Below, piece by piece: positions 1 through 12,275 of a DNA stretch of 64,000 nt. The stretch lies in the NCBI RefSeq assembly GCF_039654945.1, contig NW_027361792.1, forward strand, positions 124,001-188,000, written 5' to 3'. Within the stretch, counting starts at the first letter, position 1. Each line of letters begins with the position of its first letter. The position numbers and the translations under genes were made by a program. This stretch comes from Dendrobates tinctorius (Eukaryota). A model generated the notes under the pieces. It saw only the letters and a list, made by a program, of their open reading frames with translations, was not told the origin of the DNA and made no database searches.

Positions 1-3000
1 ACCCCCCCGGTGTCCTCGCCCCCGGGTTCCAGGTCTGTCCCCCCCTCAGGAGGAACAGTACCCCCTGAGGGACGGACTCCGCCATCCCCTGAAGGACCCT
101 CCGGTGTTGCCCCCGGCCCAGCACCCTCGTCTGGCGGCTCATCATCTGAACCTCCGAGGGCGCTGAACCGGTTGGAGAGTCTGATCAGAGGGGGGTCAGC
201 GGGCCCTTCCGTGTGCACCCTGGTGGTCGGGGGCGGGGGAGACTTTGAAGGCTTGTCAGCCTTCTTCCCCCCCGTTTTGCGCTTGGCACGCCTGGTTTTG
301 CCACCTGATGCTGTAGGCTGCTCTCTGACATCCTCGTCGACACTTTCATAACGAGAGGAGTCGTCTGAGTCAGCCGCTTTCTCCTCTCTATCCATCCTCC
401 TGATCTCCTCACTCACCGCACTCTCCCCCAGGGCCTCAGAGGCTTTGGCCACGGGCCTGGAGGGAGGAGCAGGCATCACCCCGGTTGCCCGAGGCTCCAC
501 CTGTCCCCTACCTTCCTGGCGCTTTTCCTGCCTCCGCTGGTACGCGGGGCCCCTTGCAGCATTGCCCTTCCTCACTGGCCCCTCAGCCCTTCCTCCTCCG
601 CCACCACCTGTCACAGCAGAAGAAACGCCACCGGGGGTTGCCCCCCCCACGGTCTCCCCCCACAAGGCCTGCGGCGGCATTAGAGAAGGAGCGAGGGCAG
701 CGGCTGAGAGGGTGACCTAGGTCACCACACAGGTGGCACCGAATATCCTTACACAAGGCGGCCAGATGACCCACCACACAAGGCACATTTCTGCACCTTG
801 CAGTTGGCGCTGAAGTGGGTGGGGTCGCCGCACTTGTGGCAGACCTTCGGTTGCCCCTGGTAGAAGACCAGGATCCTGTCCCTTCCCAGGAACGCCGAGG
901 AAGGGATGTGGGTGACCGTGCCGCCTGAAACCTTCAATTTAACCATGAAAGTCCAGCCCCCCGACCAGATGCCGAATTCGTCCCTGTTCTTTTTTGGGAC
1001 CTCGGTGACCTCCCCGTAACGGGAAAGCCACGTCATGATGTCCATGCCTGCGAGTGACTCGTTACATGTAACCACGGTCACTCGCTTGACGGAATTTTGG
1101 CAAGACACCGCTTGAGCCACGAAGTCTCACCATCCGGGCTCTTCTCGCACCAGCTCGTAATTCGACCAAAAGAGCTCAAGCCCCTATGGCCGCACGAAGC
1201 TGACGTCGAAGAAGCGGGAAGCCGAAGGATGTATCAGGGCAAAGATGTCATTCGCCCCGAAGCCCATCTTAAGGAGGAGCTCCACCACCTTGCTCCTAGG
1301 TGGACAAGCTTCACTGCCCCCCCACCTAAGACGGACCACATTCCTTCTTGGCGGCCCCTGCCCGGCTGTGGGGAGAGACCAAACAGTCCCTCCCTCCCTT
1401 TGATTTTGGAAGGCAGCAAGGCCGTGTCTCTCTATCCAGAAAGACAAGTCCACCGTCCTCCCCTCTACCACTATTGATCTATCTCCCCTTTTGAGAGCCT
1501 CCAGGAAACGGCGGTGCGAAACGCCGTCCCTGGAGCCCGGAGGCGAGGAGACCCCCCAGAACCACCCCGACCCCCAGCCGCGGCCCCCGCATAATTGCGT
1601 TGGGGTCTCGCGGCCGGAGTGGCAGATGGGCCAGCCCTCACACCACTACCACCACTTGTGCCAGCACCCTCATTCGTCCTCCCAGTCACTCTCCCATTCA
1701 CTCTTTTATTATTTGCATTCACCCCACCATTCACTCCAGCACACTCACCCACATTCACAGTAGCACTCACTCCCTCATCCATGTCACTCATATCACCATT
1801 CACTTCAGCAAACATCTCCTCAAATATGTCCACTCCACTTTCGTACTCACTCTCACTCGCACAATTGGTGAACATAGCAACATTATTTACATTTTTTACA
1901 TTTCCCGAACCAGTGTAGTTCCTCTCTTTGCCTGCTGGGGGCCCTGAGCTCTCTTGCTGGGAGCTACTCCAGCTCCTGTCCAGGAGCGCTGCTGCCCCTT
2001 TAAATGCCTCAGTGCTGATGACATCATGCACTCTGCCCTGGCTGGGCCTAGGAGCAACAGCAGCTCCTGGTTTCAGCTCCATTTTTTTTTCTTTTTCCGA
2101 GTTTTGTTTACTCTGGGCAGGGACGGCCACTGGCACCGCTCCCTGCCCTGCACTTTTCTTCACCCCCGCTGCCGGCTTGCCAGGGAGCGCCAGAGTCCCC
2201 GCACCCTCAGATGAAGGTAGGTGGGCCGGGGACCCCGACAACTCCCCGCCAGCTTTTGGGGGCAGCACAGCATTACTTGGAAGGGTGGGTGGGACAGAGT
2301 ACAGCGGGCCCGCAGTGGCCACGCCCCCCCGCCGGTCGCAGCCACCCCAGGCAGAGCCCCCCCCGGGTGACGCGAGCACAGCGGGCGGAGCCGCGACCGC
2401 TGAGGCCACGCCCCCCGCCAGTCACAGCCACCACGGGCAGAGCAGCGACCCCTTGCGAGGCCACGCCCCCCGGGTGACGCGGACGCAGCGGGTGGGACGA
2501 CGGCCGAGGAGGACATGCCCCCCCCCGCACGGCACAGCCTTTGCAGGCCGGGCAACACTCGGGGAGGCCACGCCCCCCTCACGGACCACCGCCGCCACCC
2601 TATGCCCACCACTTGAGACAGGCAAGGCCGGCCACTCCCCCTCGTCGCCCAGCGGCGGCGGAGCCCCCTGCACGGACCCCTTTTTGGGTCGACGTGCCGG
2701 AGACCCCGCTCTCACCACAGGCGCCGACATGGGAGCGACCAGCACTTTGCACCGCCTCAGCTGCTGCTTGATGTTCTGTTCGCCCTTCCTAGGCTTCTGG
2801 ACCCCCACTAGCGATCCAGACTTAGCGGATCCGTACGTGGGGGGTCCAGAAGCCCCAGCACTCGCCGCCGGAGGTGCGGCCCTGGCTGTACCAACTTTAC
2901 CTGGTGCCAGGCCAGCCCCCCCTGCCACCGAGGGCTGAGCCCGGACACCACCACCACAACCAGCACCGACCTCCATGTCGCTGCCCTGGTCTGAACTGTC

Positions 3001-4216
3001 ACCAGATGCGACAGTCAGGTCACAACAGTCATCTCTCTCCCCGCTCCCTCGCTGCGGACCCACCACAGGGCCCGAGCCGGGGTGGGTAGCGGGTTCCACA
3101 CAGCGGGACAGAGGGGCCCCGGGAAGAGGAGCAAAAACCAGTTGTTCCTCCACGCCTTCAGAGGCCTTACGCCTGCGCCTCCTGTTTCTTCTCCTCCCGG
3201 TTGCCTCATCCTCCGGGCAGACTTCATCCCCAAACAACAGCGTGCCAAACCGTGCTGGGGATTCCGTCTGCCGTACTTGTTTAAGGATGAGGCAGCCCCC
3301 CTCAGAACTACTCCCGCTCCCTCCATCCTCCCCCTCGCTCCCGCTTTCCTCCGCGTTACTGGAGTCCAGCGGGAGGGCCACCTGCTCGGGGGCTATCCCG
3401 CTGCATGTTACCTGGCTCACGCTGGTGTCCGCCAGGTCTTCAGGTGGAGGTGGCCCGGATGTGGTGTGGGTGCCATCTTGCTCTTCCTCCTCCTCGCTTT
3501 CCTCCACCTGGATGGGGACTCCTGACCCCCCCAGGAGACCCACCGGCCATGGCCCTGAACCGGTCCTCGTTCTGCAGCTTCTCCTGGAAGGGGCCGCTGC
3601 CGGCCATGATGGTACTTCGCCGGTCCTCCAGGGCCCGAATCTCCCCTTTCAGCTGCTTGACCGTGGCGGTGACCTCCGCTCTCTTTGAGGCAGGGAGCCT
3701 GTTTTTACTGATGACCCAGGCTCCCTCCAACTCCCCCCGGAGTCTCCTGAGCTGCTTGCCGGCCTCCTCATACTCGGAGAGGTGGGCATGAATGCGGGAG
3801 GCGTAGGTGGTAGCTGGCTCTCCCGCAACCTTGGAGCCCCAGACGTTAAGGGGGGGCCCCGCCTCACCTCTGCCGGCTGCTGCACCTCCGGGGGAAGGGC
3901 CCGCCACAGCCTTCACTTCGGGGGTCCCGGACCCTGGAGCCTTGCGGCCCCCTGGGGTCCGCTTTTTCCCCATCCCTGGGACTGGCTGGCTGTGCCTTGG
4001 GCCTCCTGGTGGTGGATGAGGCCCCCCACCCCCAGCTGGCTTGCCGAAGGGTGGGAGCCAGGGGCACAGCCCCGGCGCTCAGTCCCAGGTAGAGTCCTCT
4101 TTCCTGGGAAGGGGGCAGATGGAAAGTCCTTGCAGGAAAAACCTCCCTTCCCAGGAGCTTAGCAAAAGCCTAGCCTGCAGAGCTCAGCCCAGACGCTCCT
4201 CCTCTTCCTGGGCGTG
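1..4216 (-). mobile_element. Tx1/L1-clade non-LTR retrotransposon, 5' part (5'UTR plus broken ORF1); ORF2 would lie left of the window. Lies in NDUFS3 intron 1
   Basis: Minus-strand ORF pieces 3440-3973, 2422-3543, 1471-2409, 1184-1471, 749-1120 and 583-786 join into a gag-like ORF1. It has three CCHC knuckles (CHKCGDPTHFSANC, CALCG/GHLAALC, CHLCGDLGHPLSRC), the preceding 'FFDVSF...WLSRYGEV...GIWSGGW...FYQGQPKVC' block typical of Tx1 ORF1/ZCCHC3-like proteins, and a C-terminal 'SNRFSAL' motif. In-frame stops (~1184, ~1127) and frameshifts show decay. Confidence 0.8.
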
Positions 4217-7200
4217 CCCAGAGCTGCACTCAGTATGCTGCTGGTGCAGTCACTGTGTACATACATTACATTACTGATCCTGAGTTACATCCTGTATTAT
4301 ACTCCAGAGCTGCACTCACTATTCTGCTGGTGCAGTCACTGTGTACATTACTGATCCTGAGTTACCTCCTGTATTATACCCCAGAGCTGCACTCACTATT
4401 CTGCTGGTGCAGTCACTGTGTACGTACATTACTGATCCTGAGTTACATCCTGTATTATACTCCAGAGCTGCACTCACTATTCTGCTGGTGCAGTCACTGT
4501 GTACATTACTGATCCTGAGTTACCTCCTGTATTATACCCCAGAGCTGCACTCACTATTCTGCTGGTGCAGTCACTGTGTACGTACATTACTGATCCTGAG
4601 TTACATCCTGTATTATACTCCAGAGCTGCACTCACTATTCTGCTGGTGCAGTCACTGTGTACATACATTACTGATCCTGAGTTACATCCTGTATTATACC
4701 CCAGAGCTGCACTCACTATTCTGCTGGTGGAGTCACTGTGTACATACATTACATTACTGATCCTGAGTTACCTCCTGTATTATACTCCAGAGCTGCACTC
4801 ACTATTCTGCTGGTGCAGTCACTGTGTACATACATTACTGATCCTGAGTTACCTCCTGTATTATACCCCAGAGCTGCACTCACTATTCTGCTGGTGCAGT
4901 CACTGTGTACATACATTACATTACTGATCCAGAGTTACCTCCTGTATTATACTCCAGAGCTGCACTCACTATTCTGCTGGTGCAGTCACTGTGTACATAC
5001 ATTACTGATCCTGAGTTACCTCCTGTATTATACCCCAGAGCTGCACTCACTATTCTGCTGGTGCAGTCACTGTGTACATACATTACATTACTGACCCTGA
5101 GTTACATCCTGTATTATACTCCAGAGCTGCACTCACTATTCTGCTGGTGCAGTCACTGTGTACATACATTACATTACTGACCCTGAGTTACATCCTGTAT
5201 TATACTCCAGAGCTGCACTCACTATTCTGCTGGTGCAGTCACTGTGTACATACATTACTGATCCCGAGTTACATCCTGTATTATACTCCAGAGCTGCACT
5301 CACTATTCTGCTGGTGCAGTCACTGTGTACATACATTACATTACTGACCCTGAGTTACATCCTGTATTATACTCCAGAGCTGCACTCACTATTCTGCTGG
5401 TGCAGTCACTGTGTACATACATTACTGATCCTGAGTTACATCCTGTATTATACCCCAGAGCTGCACTCACTATTCTGCTGTTGCAGTCACTGTGTACATA
5501 CATTACATTACTGATCCTGAGTTACATCCTGCACTATACTCCAGAGCTGCACTCACTATTCTGCTGGTGCAGTCACTGTGTACATACATTACTGATCCTG
5601 AGTTATATCCTGTATTATACTCCAGAGCTGCACTCACTATTCTGCTGGTGCAGTCACTGTGTACATACATTACATTACTGATCCTGAGTTACATCCTGTA
5701 TTATACTCCAGAGCTGCACTCACTATTCTGCTGGTGCAGTCACTGTGTACATACATTACATTACTGATCCTGAGTTACCTCCTGTATTATACCCCAGAGC
5801 TGCACTCACTATTCTGCTGTTGCAGTCACTGTGTACATACATTACTGATCCTGAGTTACATCCTGCACTATACTCCAGAGCTGCACTCACTATTCTGCTG
5901 GTGCAATCACTGTGTACATACATTACTGATCCTGAGTTATATCCTGTATTATACTCCAGAGCTGCACTCACTATTCTGCTGGTGCAGTCACTGTGTACAT
6001 ACATTACATTACTGATCCTGAGTTACATCCTGTATTATACTCCAGAGCTGCACTCACTATTCTGCTGGTGCAGTCACTGTGTACATACATTACATTACTG
6101 ATCCTGAGTTACATCCTGTATTATACTCCAGAGCTGCACTCACTATTCTGCTGGTGCAGTCACTGTGTATGTACATTACTGATCCTGAGTTACATCCTGT
6201 ATTATACCCCAGAGCTGCACTCACTATTCTGCTGGTGCACTCACTGTGTACATACATTACATTACTGATCCTGAGTTACATCCTGTATTATACTCCAGAG
6301 CTGCACTCACTATTCTGCTGGTGCAGTCACTGTGTACATACATTACATTACTGATCCTGAGTTACCTCCTGTATTATACTCCAGAGCTGCACTCACTATT
6401 CTGCTGGTGCAGTCACTGTGTACATACATTACTGATCCTGAGTTACATCCTGTATTATACTCCAGAGCTGCACTCACTATTCTGCTGGTGCACTCACTGT
6501 GTACATACATTACATTACTGATCCTGAGTTACATCCTGTATTATACTCCAGAGCTGCACTCACTATTCTGCTGGTGCAGTCACTGTGTACATACATTACT
6601 GATCCTGAGTTACATCCTGTATTATACTCCAGAGCTGCACTCACTATTCTGCTGTTGCACTCACTGTGTACATACATTACATTACTGATCCTGAGTTACA
6701 TCCTGCACTATACTCCAGAGCTGCACTCACTATTCTGCTGGTGCAGTCACTGTGTACATACATTACTGATCCTGAGTTATATCCTGTATTATACTCCAGA
6801 GCTGCACTCACTATTCTGCTGGTGCAGTCACTGTGTACATACATTACATTACTGATCCTGAGTTACATCCTGTATTATACTCCAGAGCTGCACTCACTAT
6901 TCTGCTGGTGCAGTCACTGTGTACATACATTACATTACTGATCCTGAGTTACCTCCTGTATTATACCCCAGAGCTGCACTCACTATTCTGCTGTTGCAGT
7001 CACTGTGTACATACATTACATTACTGATCCTGAGTTACATCCTGCACTATACTCCAGAGCTGCACTCACTATTCTGCTGTTGCACTCACTGTGTACATAC
7101 ATTACATTACTGATCCTGAGTTACATCCTGCACTATACTCCAGAGCTGCACTCACTATTCTGCTGTTGCACTCACTGTGTACATACATTACATTACTGAT

Positions 7201-8060
7201 CCTGAGTTACCTCCTGTATTATACCCCAGAGCTGCACTCACTATTCTGCTGTTGCAGTCACTGTGTACATACATTACATTACTGATCCTGAGTTACATCC
7301 TGCACTATACTCCAGAGCTGCACTCACTATTCTGCTGTTGCACTCACTGTGTACATACATTACATTACTGATCCTGAGTTACATCCTGCACTATACTCCA
7401 GAGCTGCACTCACTATTCTGCTGGTGCAGTCACTGTGTACATACATTACTGATCCTGAGTTATATCCTGTATTATACTCCAGAGCTGCACTCACTATTCT
7501 GCTGGTGCAGTCACTGTGTACATACATTACATTACTGATCCTGAGTTACATCCTGTATTATACTCCAGAGCTGCACTCACTATTCTGCTGGTGCAGTCAC
7601 TGTGTACATACATTACATTACTGATCCTGAGTTACATCCTGTATTATACCCCAGAGCTGCACTCACTATTCTGCTGTTGCAGTCACTGTGTACATACATT
7701 ACATTACTGATCCTGAGTTACATCCTGTATTATACTCCAGAGCTGCACTCACTATTCTGCTGGTGCAGTCACTGTGTACATACATTACATTACTGATCCT
7801 GAGTTACATCCTGTATTATACCCCAGAGCTGCACTCACTATTCTGCTGGTGCAGTCACTGTGTACATACAATACATTACTGATCCTGAGTTACATCCTGT
7901 ATTATACTCCAGAGCTGCACTCACTATTCTGCTGGTGCAGTCACTGTGTACATACATTACATTACTGATCCTGAGTTACCTCCTGTATTATACTCCAGAG
8001 CTGCACTCACTATTCTGCTGGTGCAGTCACTGTGTATATACATTACATTACTGATCCTGA
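4217..8060. repeat. Tandem satellite, 81/86-bp unit (ccagagctgcactcactattctgctggtgcagtcactgtgtacatacatt[acatt]actgatcctgagttacatcctgtattatact), ~46 copies
   Basis: Direct periodicity; unit length varies by an ACATT pentamer; it accounts for the many 'MYIHYITDPEL' ORFs. Confidence 0.97.
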
Positions 8061-8111
8061 CTTTCCAGTGAGCCGCCAGTGCTGAGACTTGTAGTACTAC
8101 GCTGCCCTCAC

Positions 8112-8157
8112 CTCCCCGGAGCAGACCCCGCTGCGCCGCCCGCACTGCAGTCAGCAT
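8112..8157 (-). CDS. NDUFS3: NADH:ubiquinone oxidoreductase core subunit S3, first coding exon (start of mitochondrial presequence, MLTAVRAAQRGLLRG-G)
   Basis: AAGATG start; Arg/Ala/Leu-rich presequence-like peptide with no acidic residues; phase-1 donor G|GTGAGG at 8111; head-to-head with KBTBD4, as in other vertebrates. Identity rests mainly on synteny because the later exons are outside the window. Confidence 0.7.
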
Positions 8158-8159
8158 CT

Positions 8160-8560
8160 TTCCACCTGACGGACAGACAAGGGCACACGAAATAGAGCGG
8201 AAGTCACTACAGCCTCTCCGGTCCTCCCAGTAAAGCGTTCCTGATAACTTCCGGTGTAGATTCCAGCGCTCTGGGTTCCTGACCTAGAACGTTCCGGTGT
8301 CAGACTGCGTGGGAAGGCTCGGGGAGCTCCGGGGCCGGTGAGTGATGGCTGCTGGGAGCTGACGCTGCTGAATCCCGTCCCGCGGTCTGTCGGTGCCTTC
8401 CTGACGCGTTCACAGCACGTTTCTCGGCTTTTTCCTCCATGAACCCTGGCGTATGACGTCACCCGACTACAATCCCCGTCACTCTCCCTTGTGACTCTTC
8501 TTTGTTGTTTTTCCTTCCATACTTTGTAGTCGGCGCGGTGTGACCCCGGCGGGTAATGCT
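8160..8560. promoter_or_regulatory. CpG-rich bidirectional promoter NDUFS3/KBTBD4
   Basis: ETS/GABP cores CGGAAGT 8198-8204, CTTCCGG ~8248 and TTCCGG ~8292; perfect CRE TGACGTCA 8454-8461; ACTACAATCCC (ZNF143/THAP11-type) 8466-8476; divergent first exons on both sides. Confidence 0.7.
8250..8337 (+). other. KBTBD4: Probable non-coding first exon of KBTBD4 (start approximate)
   Basis: Donor CCG|GTGAGT at 8338; no ATG upstream within the exon; nearest CpG promoter to the exon-2 acceptor at 12246. Confidence 0.55.
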
Positions 8561-8783
8561 GGGCGTGGGCAGTGTCAGTGCTGCCAGGTACCTGTGGCAT
8601 GGCGGCTGTGCCCTGGAGAGACGGTCACTGGCTCAGTGTAGTGCTCCGTCCATGGCTGGGTCACCTCTCCGGCCATGTATTTGGGGGTTTTACACCCCAG
8701 GGGCTCTGGCACCCGCCGACTCGTCCTTGGGGCGCCTGGTATTGTGCCCCCGTCACATATGAGGGACAAAACCATAACCACCA

Positions 8784-11499
8784 CCCCCAGCGTGCAGCGA
8801 CCCTGACCCCCCCCAGCGTGCAGCGACCCTGACCCCCCCCAGCGTGCAGCGACCCTGACCCCCCCAGCGTGCAGCGACCCTGACCCCCCCAGCGTGCAGC
8901 GACCCTGACCCCCCCAGCGTGCAGCGACCCTGACCCCCCCCAGCGTGCAGCGACCCTGACCCCCCCAGCGTGCAGCGACCCTGACCCCCCCAGCGTGCAG
9001 CGACCCTGACCCCCCCAGCGTGCAGCGACCCTGACCCCCCCAGCGTGCAGCGACCCTGACCCCCCCAGCGTGCAGCGACCCTGACCCCCCCCAGTGTGCA
9101 GCGACCCTGACCCCCCCCAGCGTGCAGCGACCCTGACCCCCCCCAGCGTGCAGCGACCCTGACCCCCCCAGCGTGCAGCGACCCTGACCCCCCCAGCGTG
9201 CAGCGACCCTGACCCCCCCCAGCGTGCAGCGACCCTGACCCCCCCCAGCGTGCAGCGACCCTGACCCCCCCCAGCGTGCAGCGACCCTGACCCCCCCCAG
9301 CGTGCAGCGACCCTGACCCCCCCCAGCGTGCAGCGACCCTGACCCCCCCAGCGTGCAGCGACCCTGACCCCCCCCAGCGTGCAGCGACCCTGACCCCCCC
9401 CAGCGTGCAGCGACCCTGACCCCCCCCAGCGTGCAGCGACCCTGACCCCCCCAGCGTGCAGCGACCCTGACCCCCCCCAGCGTGCAGCGACCCTGACCCC
9501 CCCCAGCGTGCAGCGACCCTGACCCCCCCAGCGTGCAGCGACCCTGACCCCCCCAGCGTGCAGCGACCCTGACCCCCCCAGCGTGCAGCGACCCTGACCC
9601 CCCCAGCGTGCAGCGACCCTGACCCCCCCAGCGTGCAGCGACCCTGACCCCCCCAGCGTGCAGCGACCCTGACCCCCCCCAGCGTGCAGCGACCCTGACC
9701 CCCCCCAGCGTGCAGCGACCCTGACCCCCCCCAGCGTGCAGCGACCCTGACCCCCCCAGCGTGCAGCGACCCTGACCCCCCCAGCGTGCAGCGACCCTGA
9801 CCCCCCCCAGCGTGCAGCGACCCTGACCCCCCCCAGCGTGCAGCGACCCTGACCCCCCCCAGCGTGCAGCGACCCTGACCCCCCCCAGCGTGCAGCGACC
9901 CTGACCCCCCCCAGCGTGCAGCGACCCTGACCCCCCCCAGCGTGCAGCGACCCTGACCCCCCCCAGCGTGCAGCGACCCTGACCCCCCCCAGCGTGCAGC
10001 GACCCTGACCCCCCCCAGCGTGCAGCGACCCTGACCCCCCCCAGCGTGCAGCGACCCTGACCCCCCCCAGCGTGCAGCGACCCTGACCCCCCCCAGCGTG
10101 CAGCGACCCTGACCCCCCCCAGCGTGCAGCGACCCTGACCCCCCCCAGCGTGCAGCGACCCTGACCCCCCCCCAGCGTGCAGCGACCCTGACCCCCCCCA
10201 GCGTGCAGCGACCCTGACCCCCCCCAGCGTGCAGCGACCCTGACCCCCCCCAGCGTGCAGCGACCCTGACCCCCCCCAGCGTGCAGCGACCCTGACCCCC
10301 CCCAGCGTGCAGCGACCCTGACCCCCCCCAGCGTGCAGCGACCCTGACCCCCCCCAGCGTGCAGCGACCCTGACCCCCCCCAGCGTGCAGCGACCCTGAC
10401 CCCCCCCAGCGTGCAGCGACCCTGACCCCCCCCAGCGTGCAGCGACCCTGACCCCCCCCAGCGTGCAGCGACCCTGACCCCCCCCAGCGTGCAGCGACCC
10501 TGACCCCCCCCAGCGTGCAGCGACCCTGACCCCCCCCAGCGTGCAGCGACCCTGACCCCCCCCAGCGTGCAGCGACCCTGACCCCCCCCCAGCGTGCAGC
10601 GACCCTGACCCCCCCCAGCGTGCAGCGACCCTGACCCCCCCCAGCGTGCAGCGACCCTGACCCCCCCCAGCGTGCAGCGACCCTGACCCCCCCCAGCGTG
10701 CAGCGACCCTGACCCCCCCCAGCGTGCAGCGACCCTGACCCCCCCCAGCGTGCAGCGACCCTGACCCCCCCCAGCGTGCAGCGACCCTGACCCCCCCCAG
10801 CGTGCAGCGACCCTGACCCCCCCCAGCGTGCAGCGACCCTGACCCCCCCCAGCGTGCAGCGACCCTGACCCCCCCCAGCGTGCAGCGACCCTGACCCCCC
10901 CCAGCGTGCAGCGACCCTGACCCCCCCCAGCGTGCAGCGACCCTGACCCCCCCCAGCGTGCAGCGACCCTGACCCCCCCCAGCGTGCAGCGACCCTGACC
11001 CCCCCCAGCGTGCAGCGACCCTGACCCCCCCCAGCGTGCAGCGACCCTGACCCCCCCCAGCGTGCAGCGACCCTGACCCCCCCCAGCGTGCAGCGACCCT
11101 GACCCCCCCCAGCGTGCAGCGACCCTGACCCCCCCCAGCGTGCAGCGACCCTGACCCCCCCCAGCGTGCAGCGACCCTGACCCCCCCCAGCGTGCAGCGA
11201 CCCTGACCCCCCCCAGCGTGCAGCGACCCTGACCCCCCCCAGGGTGCAGCGACCCTGACCCCCCCCAGCGTGCAGCGACCCTGACCCCCCCCAGCGTGCA
11301 GCGACCCTGACCCCCCCCAGCGTGCAGCGACCCTGACCCCCCCCAGCGTGCAGCGACCCTGACCCCCCCCAGCGTGCAGCGACCCTGACCCCCCCCAGCG
11401 TGCAGCGACCCTGACCCCCCCCAGCGTGCAGCGACCCTGACCCCCCCCAGCGTGCAGCGACCCTGACCCCCCCCCAGCGTGCAGCGACCCTGACCCCCT
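8784..11499. repeat. Minisatellite, 25-27-bp unit (agcgtgcagcgaccctga + C7-9), ~104 copies, KBTBD4 intron 1
   Basis: Near-perfect periodicity; the three ~950-aa minus-strand ORFs are its translations. Confidence 0.98.
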
Positions 11500-12275
11500 T
11501 GCTGGGCGAGCCACAGGCCGTGCATGGAATTAAAGGGATTGTCCAGACGTGATCTGACATCGGTGGGCACTAGCACCCGGACATGGTGCGCCGACGCCGT
11601 GCAGACCGCTGGAAGGGTGTGACGCCTGAAGCCCCCACCATGTCGGATTCTGATGACGGCGTGCCCCTTACGGACTCCTGTCAGGCGCAGTATTCCTTGT
11701 GTCTGACATCAGGCGCCTCAGTAGTGCAGCCTCAGGCTTCCAGCCTGTTAAGGAGAATCTCTCAATACGATCTCTTTTGGTCACACCTGGATTTTTTTGT
11801 GGCCCCCAAGTGTCAAACCTTTGTCCTGACTGTCTGGGGGCTGATTGCCGCGATGGGTAGGTACTAGTGATGCACCACACCGTCATCCATTGGACCCCCT
11901 ATATCCGCACAATTGGGCTCTCCTGACCCCGGCCTGTGCACAGTCAGGAGCTGATGGGCTGCAGATGTGCTTTAGGTTTTGGGGAGAGTGAGACCGTAAA
12001 TCTCATAAAGTACAAAGCAGGGAATCCTTCAGGGTCTCCCCCTTTCTGGGGTGTAAGTGCAGGGACCCGGCTCCACCTCCTGGACTCCTGCCTTCTGTGC
12101 TCACCGGGTGGAGGTGCGCTGTAAATCTACTCCGTCCATTCAGACTTGTGTAAATGTTTCTCGCGCCGTCATTGACACCTGGTTGATCACTGCGACTCGT
12201 AGATTCCATCACTAAGCCTTGTTTTTGCGTCTGCTTTGCTTCCCAGGCACTTGCATCTCAGGCGTATTGTAGACC

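Noticed and set aside
4217-8060. CRISPR-like regular array
   Set aside because: No unique spacers, eukaryotic context, no cas genes; this applies to all arrays in the window.
8575-11576. Three ~950-aa Gly-rich minus-strand ORFs
   Set aside because: Translations of a stop-free 26-bp minisatellite in an intron; the frames interconvert at C-run length changes.
11650-11680. CTGATGA followed by a GC-rich stretch
   Set aside because: No stem II-GAAA or stem I pairing, so not a hammerhead.
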